Source: Chiloscyllium plagiosum
Taxonomy: Eukaryota
Direction of reading: 5' to 3'
Assembly (NCBI RefSeq): GCF_004010195.1
Contig: NC_057718.1
Span: 96,316,686 to 96,380,685, forward strand
DNA: 64,000 nt
The notes under the pieces are model-generated. The model worked only from the letters and a program-made list of their open reading frames with translations, ran no database searches and had not been told where the DNA came from. The translations under genes were made by a program, and so were the position numbers. Of the stretch, positions 26,386-39,254 are shown piece after piece (positions within the stretch are counted from its first letter, which is position 1; the number at the start of each line of letters is the position of its first letter).

Positions 26386-26613
26386 ATTAAAATAAAGAAC
26401 TGCAGATGCTGGAAATCTGAAAGAAAAGCAGAAATTGCTAGCAAAGCTCAGCAGGTCCAGCAGCATCTACAGAGAGAGACACAGAGTTAATGTGTCATGT
26501 CCGGAGACTCTTCATCGGTTCTGATGAAGAGACACCAGACTTGAAATGTTAACTCTGCTTTCTCACCACAGATGCTTCCAGATCTGCTGAGTTTCTCCAG
26601 TAGTTTCTGTTTT
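26386..26613. mobile_element. Fold-back Penelope-like terminal mini-element
   Basis: Centre CTCTTCATCGGTTCTGATGAAGAG; inverted arms; flanks TGTAATTACAGG (26370) and TGTAATTATGGG (26614). Confidence 0.8.
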
Positions 26614-26829
26614 TGTAATTATGGGATATCTGGTTATGAAAGAAGCATTGCTATATCATCCTACAATGCTCTCACTGGGGCTAATTGTGATTATGACAAT
26701 GAAGAAGATATTGGATCAAGTACACATTGTATACCTCTGCTTATCGAAATAAAGATCCAGTGAGTTGTATAACAAAAATCCGATCCAATATTGTCCTTAT
26801 TTTATGTTATCACCCAAAATTAGACCCCC

Positions 26830-27442
26830 TCCAGTGTGGAAACTGGACCAACAGGTCCACACTGACTTTCTGAAGAGCATCTCACCTGGGTTCACCCCCC
26901 TAACCTAACCCTGTAACCCTGCATTTCCCATGGCTAATTCACCTAACTTGCATGTTCCTGGACACTATGGACAATTTAGCATGACTATACCATCTTACCT
27001 GCATGTCCCTGGACAGTATGGACAACTTAGGCAAAAGTGATTACTGCAGATGTTGGAGATTAGAGTCGAGGGTGTGGTGCAGGAAAAGCACAGCTGCATC
27101 TGATGAGCAGGAAAATCAACATTTCGGGCAAAAGCCCTTCATGGGCAATCCACCTGACATGCGCGTCCATGGACACGATGGACAATTTAGCAGGTGTAAT
27201 CCACCCAGCCTACACATCCATGGACACTATGGGCAATTTAGCATGGCCAATTCACCTAACCTACATGTCCCTGGACACAATGGACAATTTCCTACGGCCA
27301 ATCCACCTAACCTGCACATTTTTGGACTGCGGGAGGAAACCCACGCAGCCATGGGGAAAACAGTCACCCAAGAGTGGGATCAAATCTGGGACCCTGTCAT
27401 TGTGAGGCAGCAGTGCTAACCACTGAGCAACCGTGCTGCCCC
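26830..27442 (-). mobile_element. HE1-like SINE with internal tandem expansion and nested PLE fragment (~27030-27140)
   Basis: About 6 copies of a ~50-bp unit CATGG..CACCTAAC..TGGACACTATGGACAATTTAG. Confidence 0.85.
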
Positions 27443-27489
27443 CTTGTTGTTAATCCACCCACGTGATTGCATATTTCTAGCAAAGTTCT

Positions 27490-28050
27490 CATCGGCATTC
27501 CCTTGGGATCAAGGATGACATGCTTCCAGTCTAGTTTGATGAGTTCTGAGATGGTTAAGTCCAATGACCATTGGTACTTGAAGGATTGAGGAGATGAAAG
27601 GTTTTGAGGTTTCTGCAATCTCCCCCTGACTCTTCAACTTCGCTCCATCATGTTCATGTCAAAAGCTCTTGAGGAGTTCTGGCCTTGCTGATTGAACCTT
27701 CCCCATTTTGGTCAGTTGGCGGTTGCCATGTTCAGAAATGCTTTGAGTACATCCTGAGAGAGCTTTCACTCTCCTTCTCCAAGTCAAGCAGTTGCTTTTG
27801 GATCTTGGTGTTAAGCACATGAGCTCCATGTCTTGCCCAGCAAAGCCAGCTTGAGTGATTAGCATCTCAAAATCTCTGGGTAATTTTACTTGGGTGAGGA
27901 TGTCATTGTGGCTGCTTTCTTTGCCATTGGATTTGGAGGGCCTTGAAGATATCACAAGTGGGGTTTCTCCAATACTTTGAGGTGCCTGCTGTTGATTATC
28001 CAAGTCGCTGAGGTATATAGGTCTGTTAAACCAGGACCTTGACATTAGCC
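27490..28050 (-). mobile_element. RTE-clade LINE 3' fragment (degenerate)
   Basis: ORF 27659-28063 and adjacent frames (NDILTQVKLPRDFEMLITQ, DVLKAFL) resemble the RTE ORF C-terminus. Confidence 0.65.
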
Positions 28051-29529
28051 TTGACATTAGCAAGGGTTACACTGACTAAACAAGAAAGACCTTGCATTGA
28101 CATGGCACCTTTCACATCCCCAGACTGTCCCAAAGCACTCGACTGCTGGTGACATATTTTGATGTATAGTCCCTGGTGTAAAGTAGGAAATTAGGAGTAG
28201 GGATGCTGGTTGATATAATCCTTTCATTCAGAAAGAATCAATTAATTCATTTAATTTCATTTAGATTAGAAGCTACTGGCAGATTAGACTTTGCAGCCAA
28301 GGACCTAAGAAACATCAGAAAGGAGTAAGGCATTTGGCGAGACAATTCGCAAAACAATTTGTAGTTAGTAGTCGAAGCTTGGAGAAAGCACAGGCCGAGG
28401 GAGGGAAGAAGCATCGAATTTCTGAGACAGCAAAGATTTACACTGGCTGGTAAAGAAAGAATGATCTTGATAAGATCCTGATTTCGATGTGGCCAGGATG
28501 CAGAGAGTAGAAACTAAGACAGAAGGGTATTTGGACAAAAGGAGACACAGGAAAGGAAGGTTCCATGAAGCAGTTCTATAACAGTATCAGAAAGCTGCAA
28601 TAGGGAAGGAGAGACAGCAAGAGATGCTGGAGGTCAGATATAAGAAAAAGGATTATCTATAAAACAACAAGCTTCATCTTGTATCCTTTCCAAGGGTTCA
28701 GGAATTTGTTACATTAAATTACATTATGGAATAGTTCCAGGAGAATAAATGTAATGGCACATTAATAATTATAACAAGCCAATTATACTGTTATTCTTGG
28801 AGCTTTAAGTATTCAATAAAAATACTTAATTGAAATTGCTTATATTATAGTTTCCTTTTCCACTTTTATTGGAGAGTTTAAAGCAGCAATATGCCATAAT
28901 TAAAGCCATGAGTCATTTGATGTTTAGGTCTTGTTTTTTTCAAGAAAACCTGAAAAATAACAATGACATGTGTTTGTGGTGTTATGATCCCAGCTGATGC
29001 CACTATTGGAGAAGTCAGATCACAAACTGGAACCTGGCTTGATAGATCTTATTTTGTTTGCTGTCAAGTTGGATTTATTTCCAAAAAGAGATGAAGATAA
29101 AGTAGAGAAAGCCAACCTACTTGTAGCTAGCACTTCTTGAAAGATTTCAAAGCATACCAAAATAAAATCACACATCCCAACATCTTCACTTTACAAAGCT
29201 GTAATGCTGAGAGAGTTCCTTTCTCTATCACATTTATAGGTTTGGCTTAACTGTTTCTTTCGATTCCCAATCTCAGAAGTTTAATAGCCACTTCCTTGAT
29301 TATTCACAAAACTGTGCTTAAACTTTCTGAGCTTCAAATAATCTCTTCATGTTTCTAACCAAACACTTCTGGTTTGGAATTTTCAAAATAAAACTCTTAC
29401 ATTGAGGGAGCCTATTTGCTAACTGTTCTGAGCTAATTATTTTCTCCAGGAGAAGCTATCCTTGCATTTCTATATGTTGAGCCAGTGGAATTCTCTGTAG
29501 TTTGGCAGTTAAGGCAGTGAAGGATATAG

Positions 29530-29756
29530 ATACCATCATTTCTTCTATAACACAATATATCCATTTCAGTGTGACCATGTGATATTCAAACTTCACACAA
29601 TACAAGTAACACTTAAAGTGTCAGCGATCTAATCACGTTATAGCCAACACATGTTTTACAAGTTCGTGTTTTAGAAACAGTGTTTCCTATTCACCGATCA
29701 TGCTACAGCCAATTCACGTCAATGAAAGATGCTTTGTAGCAGAATTGAATATGTAG
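29530..29756. mobile_element. Diverged Tigger-like MITE (also ~50335-50525)
   Basis: TTCTATAAC..TAGCAGAA ends; CACGTTATAGCCAACACAT and AGCCAATTC cores shared with the 50335-50525 copy. Confidence 0.5.
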
Positions 29757-30349
29757 ATCTTAGGTCAAAAGGGATCAAAGAATATGTGGAGAAGGTGTGA
29801 ACAGGGGACTGAGTTGGATGATCAGCCAGGATCATATTGAATTGCAGAGCAAACATGAATGGCTGAATGGCTTACTCCTGCTCCTATTTTCTATGGTTCT
29901 ATTGTACAGGATAAAATACACAGGATCACTAGTTGGCCGACTGTGATTCTGTTGCCATTACCTCTGCTGTAAGTGTCTTAGTAAACAGTCAGTAATGGCC
30001 ATGTTGGGCACATCACATCTATGAGTCAGAGTCTGCACCTCCATTTATGGGGAAGAACAAAGACGAGAGACCATTTTATGAAATATTCAGCAATAAACCC
30101 AATAGTGTAGTCAGAGGAAACTTCTTTACTCAGACAATGTGGAAACCAGTAGCCACAGTGAGTGGATGAGGTGAGTGGTACAGATGCATTTAAGGGAAGG
30201 CTTGATAATTATGAGGGAGTAAGGAATAGAAGGTGCTACTGGCACTGAGTTAGATGAGGAAAGTTGGTAGGAGGCAAGAAGAGAACCGAAACACCAACAT
30301 AGACCTGTTGGTCTGAATAAACTGTTTTTGTACCATATATTCAAAGCAA

Positions 30350-30488
30350 ATGAATAGGAAACGTTTACGGGGATATGGGCCAAATGCTGGCAAATGAGAC
30401 TGGATTCATTTAGGATAGCTGGTCAGCATGGACAAGTTGGACTGAAGGGTCTGTTTCTGTGCTGTAGATCTCTATGACTCTATGACTC
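30350..30488 (+). mobile_element. CR1/HER1 3' tail (older CR1 tails at ~29757-29900 and ~30110-30340)
   Basis: GGGATATGGGCCAAATGCTGG..(CTCTATGA)n. Confidence 0.85.
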
Positions 30489-31032
30489 AAATCTGTGCAA
30501 TGACTAACAATCCTCTGATATCCGTAATTAATNNNNNNNNNNNNNNNNNNNNNNNNNNNNNNNNNNNNNNNNNNNNNNNNNNNNNNNNNNNNNNNNNNNN
30601 NNNNNNNNNNNNNNNNNNNNNNNNNNNNNNNNNNNNNNNNNNNNNNNNNNNNNNNNNNNNNNNNNNNNNNNNNNNNNNNNNNNNNNNNNNNNNNNNNNNN
30701 NNNNNNNNNNNNNNNNNNNNNNNNNNNNNNNNNNNNNNNNNNNNNNNNNNNNNNNNNNNNNNNNNNNNNNNNNNNNNNNNNNNNNNNNNNNNNNNNNNNN
30801 NNNNNNNNNNNNNNNNNNNNNNNNNNNNNNNNNNNNNNNNNNNNNNNNNNNNNNNNNNNNNNNNNNNNNNNNNNNNNNNNNNNNNNNNNNNNNNNNNNNN
30901 NNNNNNNNNNNNNNNNNNNNNNNNNNNNNNNNNNNNNNNNNNNNNNNNNNNNNNNNNNNNNNNNNNNNNNNNNNNNNNNNNNNNNNNNNNNNNNNNNNNN
31001 NNNNNNNNNNNNNNNNNNNNNNNNNNNNNNNN

Positions 31033-32788
31033 AAATCCACATTGATGCCCTGGGGTTGAAGTGTTTTGAGGTGGAAGATGAGGTGTTCTTCCTCCAGGCT
31101 TCAGGTGATGAGGGAACAGCGGTGGAGGAGGCCCAGGACCTGCATGGCCTCGGCAGAGTGGGAGGGGGATTTGAAATGTTGGGCCACGTGGTGGTGTGGT
31201 TGATTGGTGCGGGTGTCCCGGAGATGTTCCCTAAAGTGCTCTGCTAGGAGGGGCCCAGTCTCCCCAATGTAGAGGAGACCGCAGCGGGAGCAATGGATAC
31301 AATAAATGATATTGGTGGATGTGCAGGTGAAATTTTGATGGATGTGGAAAGCTCCTTTGGGGCCTTGGATGGAGGTGAGGGAGGAGGTGTGGGCGCAGGT
31401 TTTGCAATTCCTGTGGTGGCAGGGGAAGGTGCCAGGATGGGAGGATGGGTTGTAGGGGGTCGTGGACCTGACCAGGTAGTCACGGAGGGAACCGTTTTTG
31501 CGGAAAGCGGAAATGGGTAGGAAGGGAAATATATCCCTGGTGGTGGGGTCCGTTTGGAGGTGACGGGAATGTCTTCGGATGATGTGGTTTATGCAAAGGT
31601 TGGTAGGGTGGAAGGTGAGCACCGGGGGGTTCTGTCCTTGTTACGGTTGGAGAGGTGGGGTTTGAGGGCGGAGGGGCAGTATGTGGACCAGATGCATTGG
31701 AGGGCATTTTTTACAAACCCACCGACTCCCACAGCTACCTGGATTATACCCCTTCCCCCCACCTCCTGCAAAGATGCCATCCCGTATTCCCAATTACTCC
31801 ACCTCCGCCGTATCTGCTCCCAGGAGGACCAGTTCCACCACAGAACACACCAGATGGTCTCCTTCTTTAGAGACCTCAATTTCCCTTCCCACGTGGTTAA
31901 AGATGAACAGAACCCCCCTGGTGCTCACCTTCCACCTTACCAACCTTCACATCATCCGACGACATTTCTGCCACCTCCAAACGGACCCCACCACCAGGGA
32001 TATATTTCCCTCCCCACCCCTTTCCGCCTTCCACAAAGACGGTTCCCTCCGTGACTACCTGGTCAGGCCCACGCCCCCCAATAACCCACCCTCCCTTCCT
32101 GGCACCCTCCCCTGCCACCACAGGAATTGCAAAACCTGCACCCACACCTCCTCCCTCACCTCCATCCAAGGCCCCAAAGGAGCCTTCCACATCCATCAAA
32201 GTTTTACCTGNNNNNNNNNNNNNNNNNNNNNNNNNNNNNNNNNNNNNNNNNNNNNNNNNNNNNNNNNNNNNNNNNNNNNNNNNNNNNNNNNNNNNNNNNN
32301 NNNNNNNNNNNNNNNNNNNNNNNNNNNNNNNNNNNNNNNNNNNNNNNNNNNNNNNNNNNNNNNNNNNNNNNNNNNNNNNNNNNNNNNNNNNNNNNNNNNN
32401 NNNNNNNNNNNNNNNNNNNNNNNNNNNNNNNNNNNNNNNNNNNNNNNNNNNNNNNNNNNNNNNNNNNNNNNNNNNNNNNNNNNNNNNNNNNNNNNNNNNN
32501 NNNNNNNNNNNNNNNNNNNNNNNNNNNNNNNNNNNNNNNNNNNNNNNNNNNNNNNNNTACTCTTTGCTACCTTCCCCCACCCTCCTCTCTGACCTATCAC
32601 CTCCATCCCCATTCACCCACTGTACTCTTTGCTACTTTCTCCCCAACCCCCACCCCCTCTCATTTATCTCTCCACCCTGCAGGTTCCCTGCCTCTATTCC
32701 TGATGAAGGGCTTTTGCCCAAAATGTCGATTTGCTTGCTTCTCGGACGCTGCCTGACCTGCTGTGCCTTTCCAGCACCACTCTAATCT
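31033..32788. mobile_element. Penelope-like element(s): minus-strand part 31033-31700 and plus-strand part 31710-32788, diverging
   Basis: ORF 31101-31622(-) IIYCIHCSRCGLLYIGETG (GIY-YIG); plus strand YKPTDSHSYLDY, IPYSQLLHLRRICS, CHHRNCKTC; terminal repeat with degenerate hammerhead at 32700. Confidence 0.92.
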
Positions 32789-32834
32789 AGAGATATGCAG
32801 ATATCTATATCATCTTTCTAACCCTTTAGCATTC

Positions 32835-33275
32835 CCGGATTGGAGAGATTGTCTCATGAAGAGAGATTGGATTCATTTGGACAATATTCATTGGATTTTA
32901 GAAGAATCAGATTTTAGGGGAACCTCATAGAAACCTATAAAACTCTTTACAGGGTTATACTACGTAAATGCAGTAAGGATGTTCCTGGTGGCTGTTGCTC
33001 TCCGAACCGGGGGTTATGGTTAAATGATATGGAGTAGGACAGAAATGAGGAGAAATTTCCTCACCCAGGGAGAGGCGGGCCTGTAGAATTCTCTGCCACA
33101 GAAAATAGTTGAGACCAAAACATTGACTGTTTTTAAGAAGGAGGTAGATATAGCTCTTACAGCTGAAGAGATCAAAGAGTATGGGGAGTAAACAGGGGAT
33201 TACTCAGTTGGGTGATCAGAGAAGTGGCTGGAAGGGCTGAATAGCCTATTCCTGATTATAGTTTCTTATGCTTCC
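32835..33275 (+). mobile_element. CR1 3' fragment
   Basis: Degenerate LSHEERL..LIETYK..RRNFLTQ motifs. Confidence 0.75.
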
Positions 33276-33399
33276 ATGTTTATTCATGTGAGCATTGATG
33301 CAAAATTTAACATTGTGTCATCTGAGTGTGTAATGATTGCATTAAATTCATTTCGATCTTTATGTTTCACCACAAGGAAAATTCAGGCCAAATCACAGA

Positions 33400-33750
33400 C
33401 TTGTGACAGTGCAGGAGCAGGCCATTTGGCCCGTTGTGCCTGTACTTGCTCTTCAAACAACCATTACTACCCAGTGCCAATTTCCTGCTTGTTCCCCTTC
33501 CCTTGCACATTGGTCTTACCCAAATAATCATCCGATGCTCTCTTGACAGCCTCAATTGGAGCCTCACCTCCCCCATATTTCCAGGCAGTGTATCCCATAC
33601 CCTGAGTGAAAAAGTATTTTCTCATGCCACCCAAACATCTTTTCCAAATCACTTTAAATCTACATCCTCATGTTTCTTATTCCTTTTACATGTGCAACGC
33701 GTTTTTCCCTATCCATTCTGTGCAGCCCTCTCATGATTTTGAAAACTCCA
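33400..33750 (-). mobile_element. Old CR1 3' fragment
   Basis: ORF MRKYFFTQG..IEAVKRASDDYL. Confidence 0.7.
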
Positions 33751-34334
33751 ATGAAAGCATGCTGATACTGTTTGCTTTTCCTTTTTAAGTTATAAAGCTT
33801 CTCCTGGGTGCTCCTAATGGAAAACCCTATGTTCAGCTGACCAGCAGCTTTCTTCTATGTTCTTTGGTCGAGGTCTATTGACCATATGAGATGTTTTTGT
33901 ATCACTTTCCAGATGCTGTTCACTGGGGCCATAAAACAAGCTTTTCAACTTGCCCTGTGACTTTATGAAGCTTTAGCACTTAGAAACATTAACTATCTGC
34001 TGTTCAGAGACTTTTGTACACCAGGTTAGAACTTGGAAGGCAGACAGAAGCAATGACAAACTTTCATGCTCAAATTCGGAGTTTAAGACCAAAATGACAA
34101 ACATCTGAAATCTTGATTTGAGTTTGACAGATGAACAGTCATATTGGATTTGAAATGTTGACTCTGACAGTAGTCACTCCCAGTATAATCAGCTGTTTAA
34201 TATCACTTGTTTTGTATGTTAACTCTGTGTCCTCCCTTCATGGAAGCTGCCAAGCCTGTTGAGTTTCTTCAGCATTCCCTACTTTTGTATCAGATTTCCA
34301 GCAGCTGCAGAACTTGTAGATTGATTTGACTCAT

Positions 34335-34745
34335 GGAACATAGAACATAGAACATTACAGTGCAGTATAGGTCCTTTGGCCCTCAATGTTGCACCGACCT
34401 GTGAAACCAATCCGAAGTCTATCTAACCTACACTATTCCATTTTCATCCATATGCCTATCCAATGACCATTTTAATGCCCTTAAGGTTGGCGAGTCTACT
34501 ATGCAGGCAGGGCATTCCACACCCTACTATTACTCTGAGTAAAGAAACTACCTCTGACATCTGTCCTATATCTATCATCGATCAATTTAAAGCCATCGCC
34601 ATCCGAGGAAAAAGGCTCTCCCTGTCCACCCTATCTAACCCTCTGATTATTTTATATGTCTTAATTAAATCACCTCTCAACCTTTTTCTCTCTAACGAAA
34701 ACAGCCTCAAGTCCCTCATGCTTTCCTCATAAGACCTTTCCTCCA
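34335..34745 (-). mobile_element. CR1 3' fragment (AGAACAT-tail subfamily)
   Basis: ORF RSYEESMRDLRLFSLERKRLRGDLIKTYKIIRGLDRVD. Confidence 0.9.
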
Positions 34746-34982
34746 CACTATTCGTTATCTTTCGTAAAATTGGGGCAGCCAAACCTTTGCTTCAGCCAAG
34801 AAAACAACTTGTGCATAAATACAAAAATAATTAAATAACATTAAGGCCCACAATGGGTCATTTGTATGCTTTTTTTTTGACTATTCTTGGCTCCTTGTGA
34901 AAATGGATGTGATCTATATTCGAAACAAAAAATGCTGGAGATCACTGCCAGTCAGGCAGCATCCATGGAGAGAGAGCAAGCT

Positions 34983-35013
34983 AACGTTTCGAGTCTAGAT
35001 GGCTCTTCTTCAG
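34983..35013 (-). ncRNA. Minimal hammerhead core in a Penelope-like terminal repeat (34922-35120)
   Basis: CTGAAGA-A-GAGCC-ATCTA-GACTC-GAAAC-GTT; one mismatch in stem II. Confidence 0.55.
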
Positions 35014-35454
35014 AGTTGGCATGAAGTGTGGAGAGGGCAGCATTTATGCTGTAATCGCGGAGGGATTGGCGGGCTGGGGGGAGAGAGGATGTTGATCATT
35101 CAGATTAAGTGATCAGAATGGTAGAACATTTCAGATATCATAAGTGGAATTTCTTAAGTTCCATTCTGTAAAAGAAAAATATAATTTGTGTGTTATTGTG
35201 ATAGCAGTTGGAACTGCTATATCACAAAAATATATTGTTGGAACGACCCAAATTGTTAACATCAGCTTCTCCGAAATGTGATTATAGCACATTGGGTCTC
35301 CAAGCAATAAGAAAGGTTTTGTGGAAGTGAAATTATAATTCTGGGATGCTGTTTTATTGTGATTAAATATTTCTCTTCACTATATGATCAAGGACATTTA
35401 CTTACTGCTTATCTGATGCAGCAATGTTTAGGTTTATTGAATACCCCTGCCAAC

Positions 35455-35716
35455 TAAGCAGCATGGTGGCTCAGTGGTTGGTAGTGCTGCCTCACAGCAT
35501 CAGGAACGCAAGTTCAATTCCAGCCTCAGGCAACTATCTGTGTGGAGTTTGCATATTTTCTTGTGTCTGTGGCTTTTCTCTGGGTGCTCCTGGTTTCCTC
35601 CCACAATCCAAAGATAGTTAGGTGGATTAGCCATGGGAAAAGCAAGTGATGCTCTTCGGAGAATCGGTGAAGACTTGTCAGTCTGAATGGCCTGTTTCCA
35701 CACTGTAGGGATTCTA
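35455..35716 (+). mobile_element. HE1-like SINE (internally deleted)
   Basis: GCAGCATGGTGGCTCAGTGGTT head; CACACTGTAGGGATTCTAT tail. Confidence 0.88.
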
Positions 35717-35829
35717 TTTTTTTTTAAAAAAGAATGCTGCTTACATTGCACAGTCAGCAGCAACTGCAAATACGGGCAGTCCCTGAGCTAAGAGTGGGTT
35801 CTGTTCTTGAGTATGTCCATACGTCAATT

Positions 35830-36090
35830 TGTACACAAAAGAGAGCTGAGGGGTAACTTTTTCACACAGGGGGTCGTACCCATATGGAATCAGCTGCTAA
35901 AGGAAGTGATGGAGGTGGGTATAATTTCAACATTTAAAAGGCTTTTGGGCAGGTACAGAGATAGGAAAGGTTTAGAGGGATATGATCCAAACACAGGCGA
36001 ATGGGACAAGTTCGGTTTAGGAAACCTGGTCAGCATGGACGAGTTGGGTCGAAGGGTCGGATTCCATACTGTATACTGCTATGACTCTAA
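35830..36090 (+). mobile_element. CR1/HER1 3' fragment
   Basis: ORF ELRGNFFTQGVV.IWNQL..FKR.L..Y.DRKGLEGY. Confidence 0.88.
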
Positions 36091-38004
36091 GTAGGAAGAC
36101 AATATAGTACAATATATATAATAGTCATTCATTAGTATGAGCAAATGTTCACATTTCAGATTGTTAGAATTAATATTAACACATCCCTATTTGGGATTTT
36201 TTCCCCATGTATGAGCCTTCAATAAGTCAAAAGATCAAAAATCAGAGACCGCCTGTAAGAACATTCTAGAAGCAGTACTGTAGTTTTTTTGTATCTCAGA
36301 ATTTTTGTACATAAGATGGCTTCATCTGTGGTGCCATTAGACACTCTTTCACTGTACTTCAGTACTTGTGACAATTAAATCTAAGATTGTACAACATGTA
36401 AGATTCACACGTTACAAATCAAAGCAATGGGTCACATGAAAGTCAGACTTCGCGAATTCTTATCCTCTTTTAAGATCGAGACTTTGAGAAAAATCTGCAC
36501 GCTTTGCAGGTTATGATACTTCTTCAACTCAGAAGAATTTTTTTTTGTCAATATCTTCCTAAGGTTTCAGCTTGGGTCTTGCCAGTCATTGTTCCCTGGA
36601 CTGTTGTGGCCACCTGAACTTATTTGGTACAGTTTGAGAAAAATACAAAGAATCCATATGGCTCTGTCACGCAGTTCCATGACAGATATTCCAAAACCAT
36701 CCTTCCTGTGAATAGACACTGTGTTTCTCTGACCAAAAGAAACAAAAAAAAAATCCGCTGAGAGGTTAATGAAAAGTTGCTCACATGTGAAAATGATCTT
36801 AGTGTAAGGCTTTTATAAGCCACAGCTGCAATGCTTATTTACTTTGGCGCAACTACCACCGCTGTTATACAGATAATGGTCCACACGTTTTGTTCGATAA
36901 GCCCCATCCTGCAGAAGCAGATGCTTGAAGGCTGCTCCCCACAAACTGAATGTTCTCCTGGCTGTTGTCAAATCTTTACAGACGTTTGTTTACCCTTTCT
37001 TAAACTAGGTGCTGGATCCTCCTTTCTTTGCCAGTGTGTTTCAATCATCAATTAGTTTATTTGTCTGCCATTCAGTTGCTCGGTTCTAACAACGTTGTTA
37101 CCTGACGTATTGATTGTTACATTTCTGTAATTGATCTGTGCTACGTGACATCATGCTGCGTTACAGATGGTGCACACAGATTGACGATTTGCACTATACA
37201 TCGAACTGTTATGGCGCCCATCTGTTATGCAGCTGGGATTCGCTTGCACACAACCCTTGCAGTTTTGTGTGGAGGGAAGGCTTCACATACACTCTCATTG
37301 TATGTCTGTTTCCTAACCATCGTTTACTTTCTGTCAGGTAGCTTACCGCACTTCTTTCCAATTTAGTGCTTCCATTGATGCGCATGAAAAGGACGGTGTC
37401 CACGGGCAACAGGCAATAAACCCTCAACGGAAATCAAATTCTGAAGAAGTGCACAATTGCCTTCCCTTCAACGCCTGGAAATGTGCTGGAGGAAGTTTAA
37501 TTGAGGCTTTCAAGGGGGCTGTGGATGTGGTTTTTTGGATAGTAATGGTTTGCAGAGATATAGGGAAACATCAGGAGTTAAGTAACAGAGCCAGACTAGA
37601 TAATAGAACCAGTGCATGCACTTCTGCACCTTAATAATTCTGTGAATTCTATTATTCTATGATTTTTTTTTCTCATCTGATGAACGCATTATCTCAAGCG
37701 GCTTATAACAGTGAATCACTGGACACACTTCACACAAAGAGTGGAGAATATCTGGACCTTCCCCTCCCCATGCTATGTTGCAAATGGAGGGGTATTATAA
37801 ATGCAGAAAATGCTGCAAGTTCTCAGCAGGTCAGGCAGCCTCTGTGGAGAGAGACAAACAGGGTCAGTCGTTCAAATTTCTTCAGAAAATCTGTTCCTCT
37901 GACCACAGGTATTATTGGATCTGCTGGGCATTTTCTGTCTTCAGTTCAGATCTGTAGCAATCATGGTACTTTGCTATTGGTAGATCTTAATTGGTCAGAG
38001 CATC

Positions 38005-38228
38005 AAGAGAGAAAAAGTGTGGCGCTGGGAAAGCACAGCAGGTCAGGCAGCATCCGAGGAGCAGGAGAGTTGACGTTGAGAGCATAAGCTCTTCATCAGG
38101 AATGATGAAGTGCTTGTGCTCAAAATGTTGACTCTCCTGCTCCTCAGATGCTGCCTGACCTGCTGTGCTTTTCCAGCACCGCAATTTTTGAATCCGATCT
38201 CCAGCATCTGCAGTCCTCACTTTCTCCT
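38005..38228. mobile_element. Fold-back Penelope-like terminal mini-element (an older one lies at ~37795-37975)
   Basis: Centre CTTCATCAGGAATGATGAAG; arms AAAGCACAGCAGGTCAGGCAGCATC / GATGCTGCCTGACCTGCTGTGCTTT. Confidence 0.85.
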
Positions 38229-38489
38229 AGGCTATTATGAGAACATAAACTGAGCAAGAATGTAGAGTTGAGATATGCAAGGACTAAATTAATTGGTATA
38301 GCAAGTTCAATGGGCCGAACTGCCTTCTCCTGCTGTGAAAACCCATGTTCCCATGGCTATAATCACCTTGCAGCTTCTCTCCATTCTGAGCTTTAAGAGG
38401 CGAAATCTCAGAATTCACCAGATGTTGAATCTGCGTCATTCTAACTCTTCATGACTTAGGAACATTTTAATTGACCCATTGTGGCGCGG

Positions 38490-39254
38490 AAGAACATAGA
38501 ACATAGAACATAAAACATAGAAGAATACAGCGCAGTACAGGCCCTTCGGCCCTCGATGTTGAGTCGATCCAAGCCCACCTAACCTACACTAACCCACTAT
38601 CCTCCATATGCCTATCCAATGCCCGCTTAAATGCCCATAATGAGGGAGAGTCCACCACTGCTACTGGCAGAGCATTCCATGAACTCACGACTCGCTGAGT
38701 AAAGAACCTACCCCTAACATCTGTCCTATACCTACCCCCCCTTAATTTAAAGCTATGCCCCCTTGTAATAGCTGACCCCATACATGGAAAAAGATTCTCA
38801 CTGTCGACCCTATCTAAACCCCTAATCATCTTGTACACCTCTATCAAGTCACCCCTAAACCTTCTTTTCTCCAATGAAAACAACCCCAAGTGCCTCAGCC
38901 TTTCCTCATACGATCTTTCTACCATACCAGGCAACATCCTGGTAAACCTCCTCTGCACCCGTTCCAGTGCCTCCACATCCTTCCTATAGTATGGCGACCA
39001 AAACTGCACACAATACTCCAGATGCGGCCGCACCAGAGTCTTATACAACTGCAACATGACCTCAGTACTCCGGAACTCAATTCCTCTACCAATAAAAGCC
39101 AGTACGCCATATGCCTTCTTCACCGCACTATTTACCTGGGTGGCAACTTTCAAAGATCTGTGTACATGGACACCAAGATCCCTCTGCTCATCCACACTAC
39201 CAAGTATCCGACCATTAGCCCAGTACCCCATCTTTTTATTACTCTTACCAAAGA
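38490..39254 (-). mobile_element. Young 5'-truncated CR1 LINE; ORF2 C-terminal 215 aa uninterrupted
   Basis: ORF 38584-39231 LYKTLVRPHLEYCVQFWSP..FFTQRVVSSWNALP; (AGAACAT)n tail. Confidence 0.95.

Noticed and set aside
28980..29530. Possible solo LTRs (also ~14099-14820 and 28200-28700)
   Set aside because: TG starts and composition are suggestive, but no second copy, TSD or clear CA end was found.
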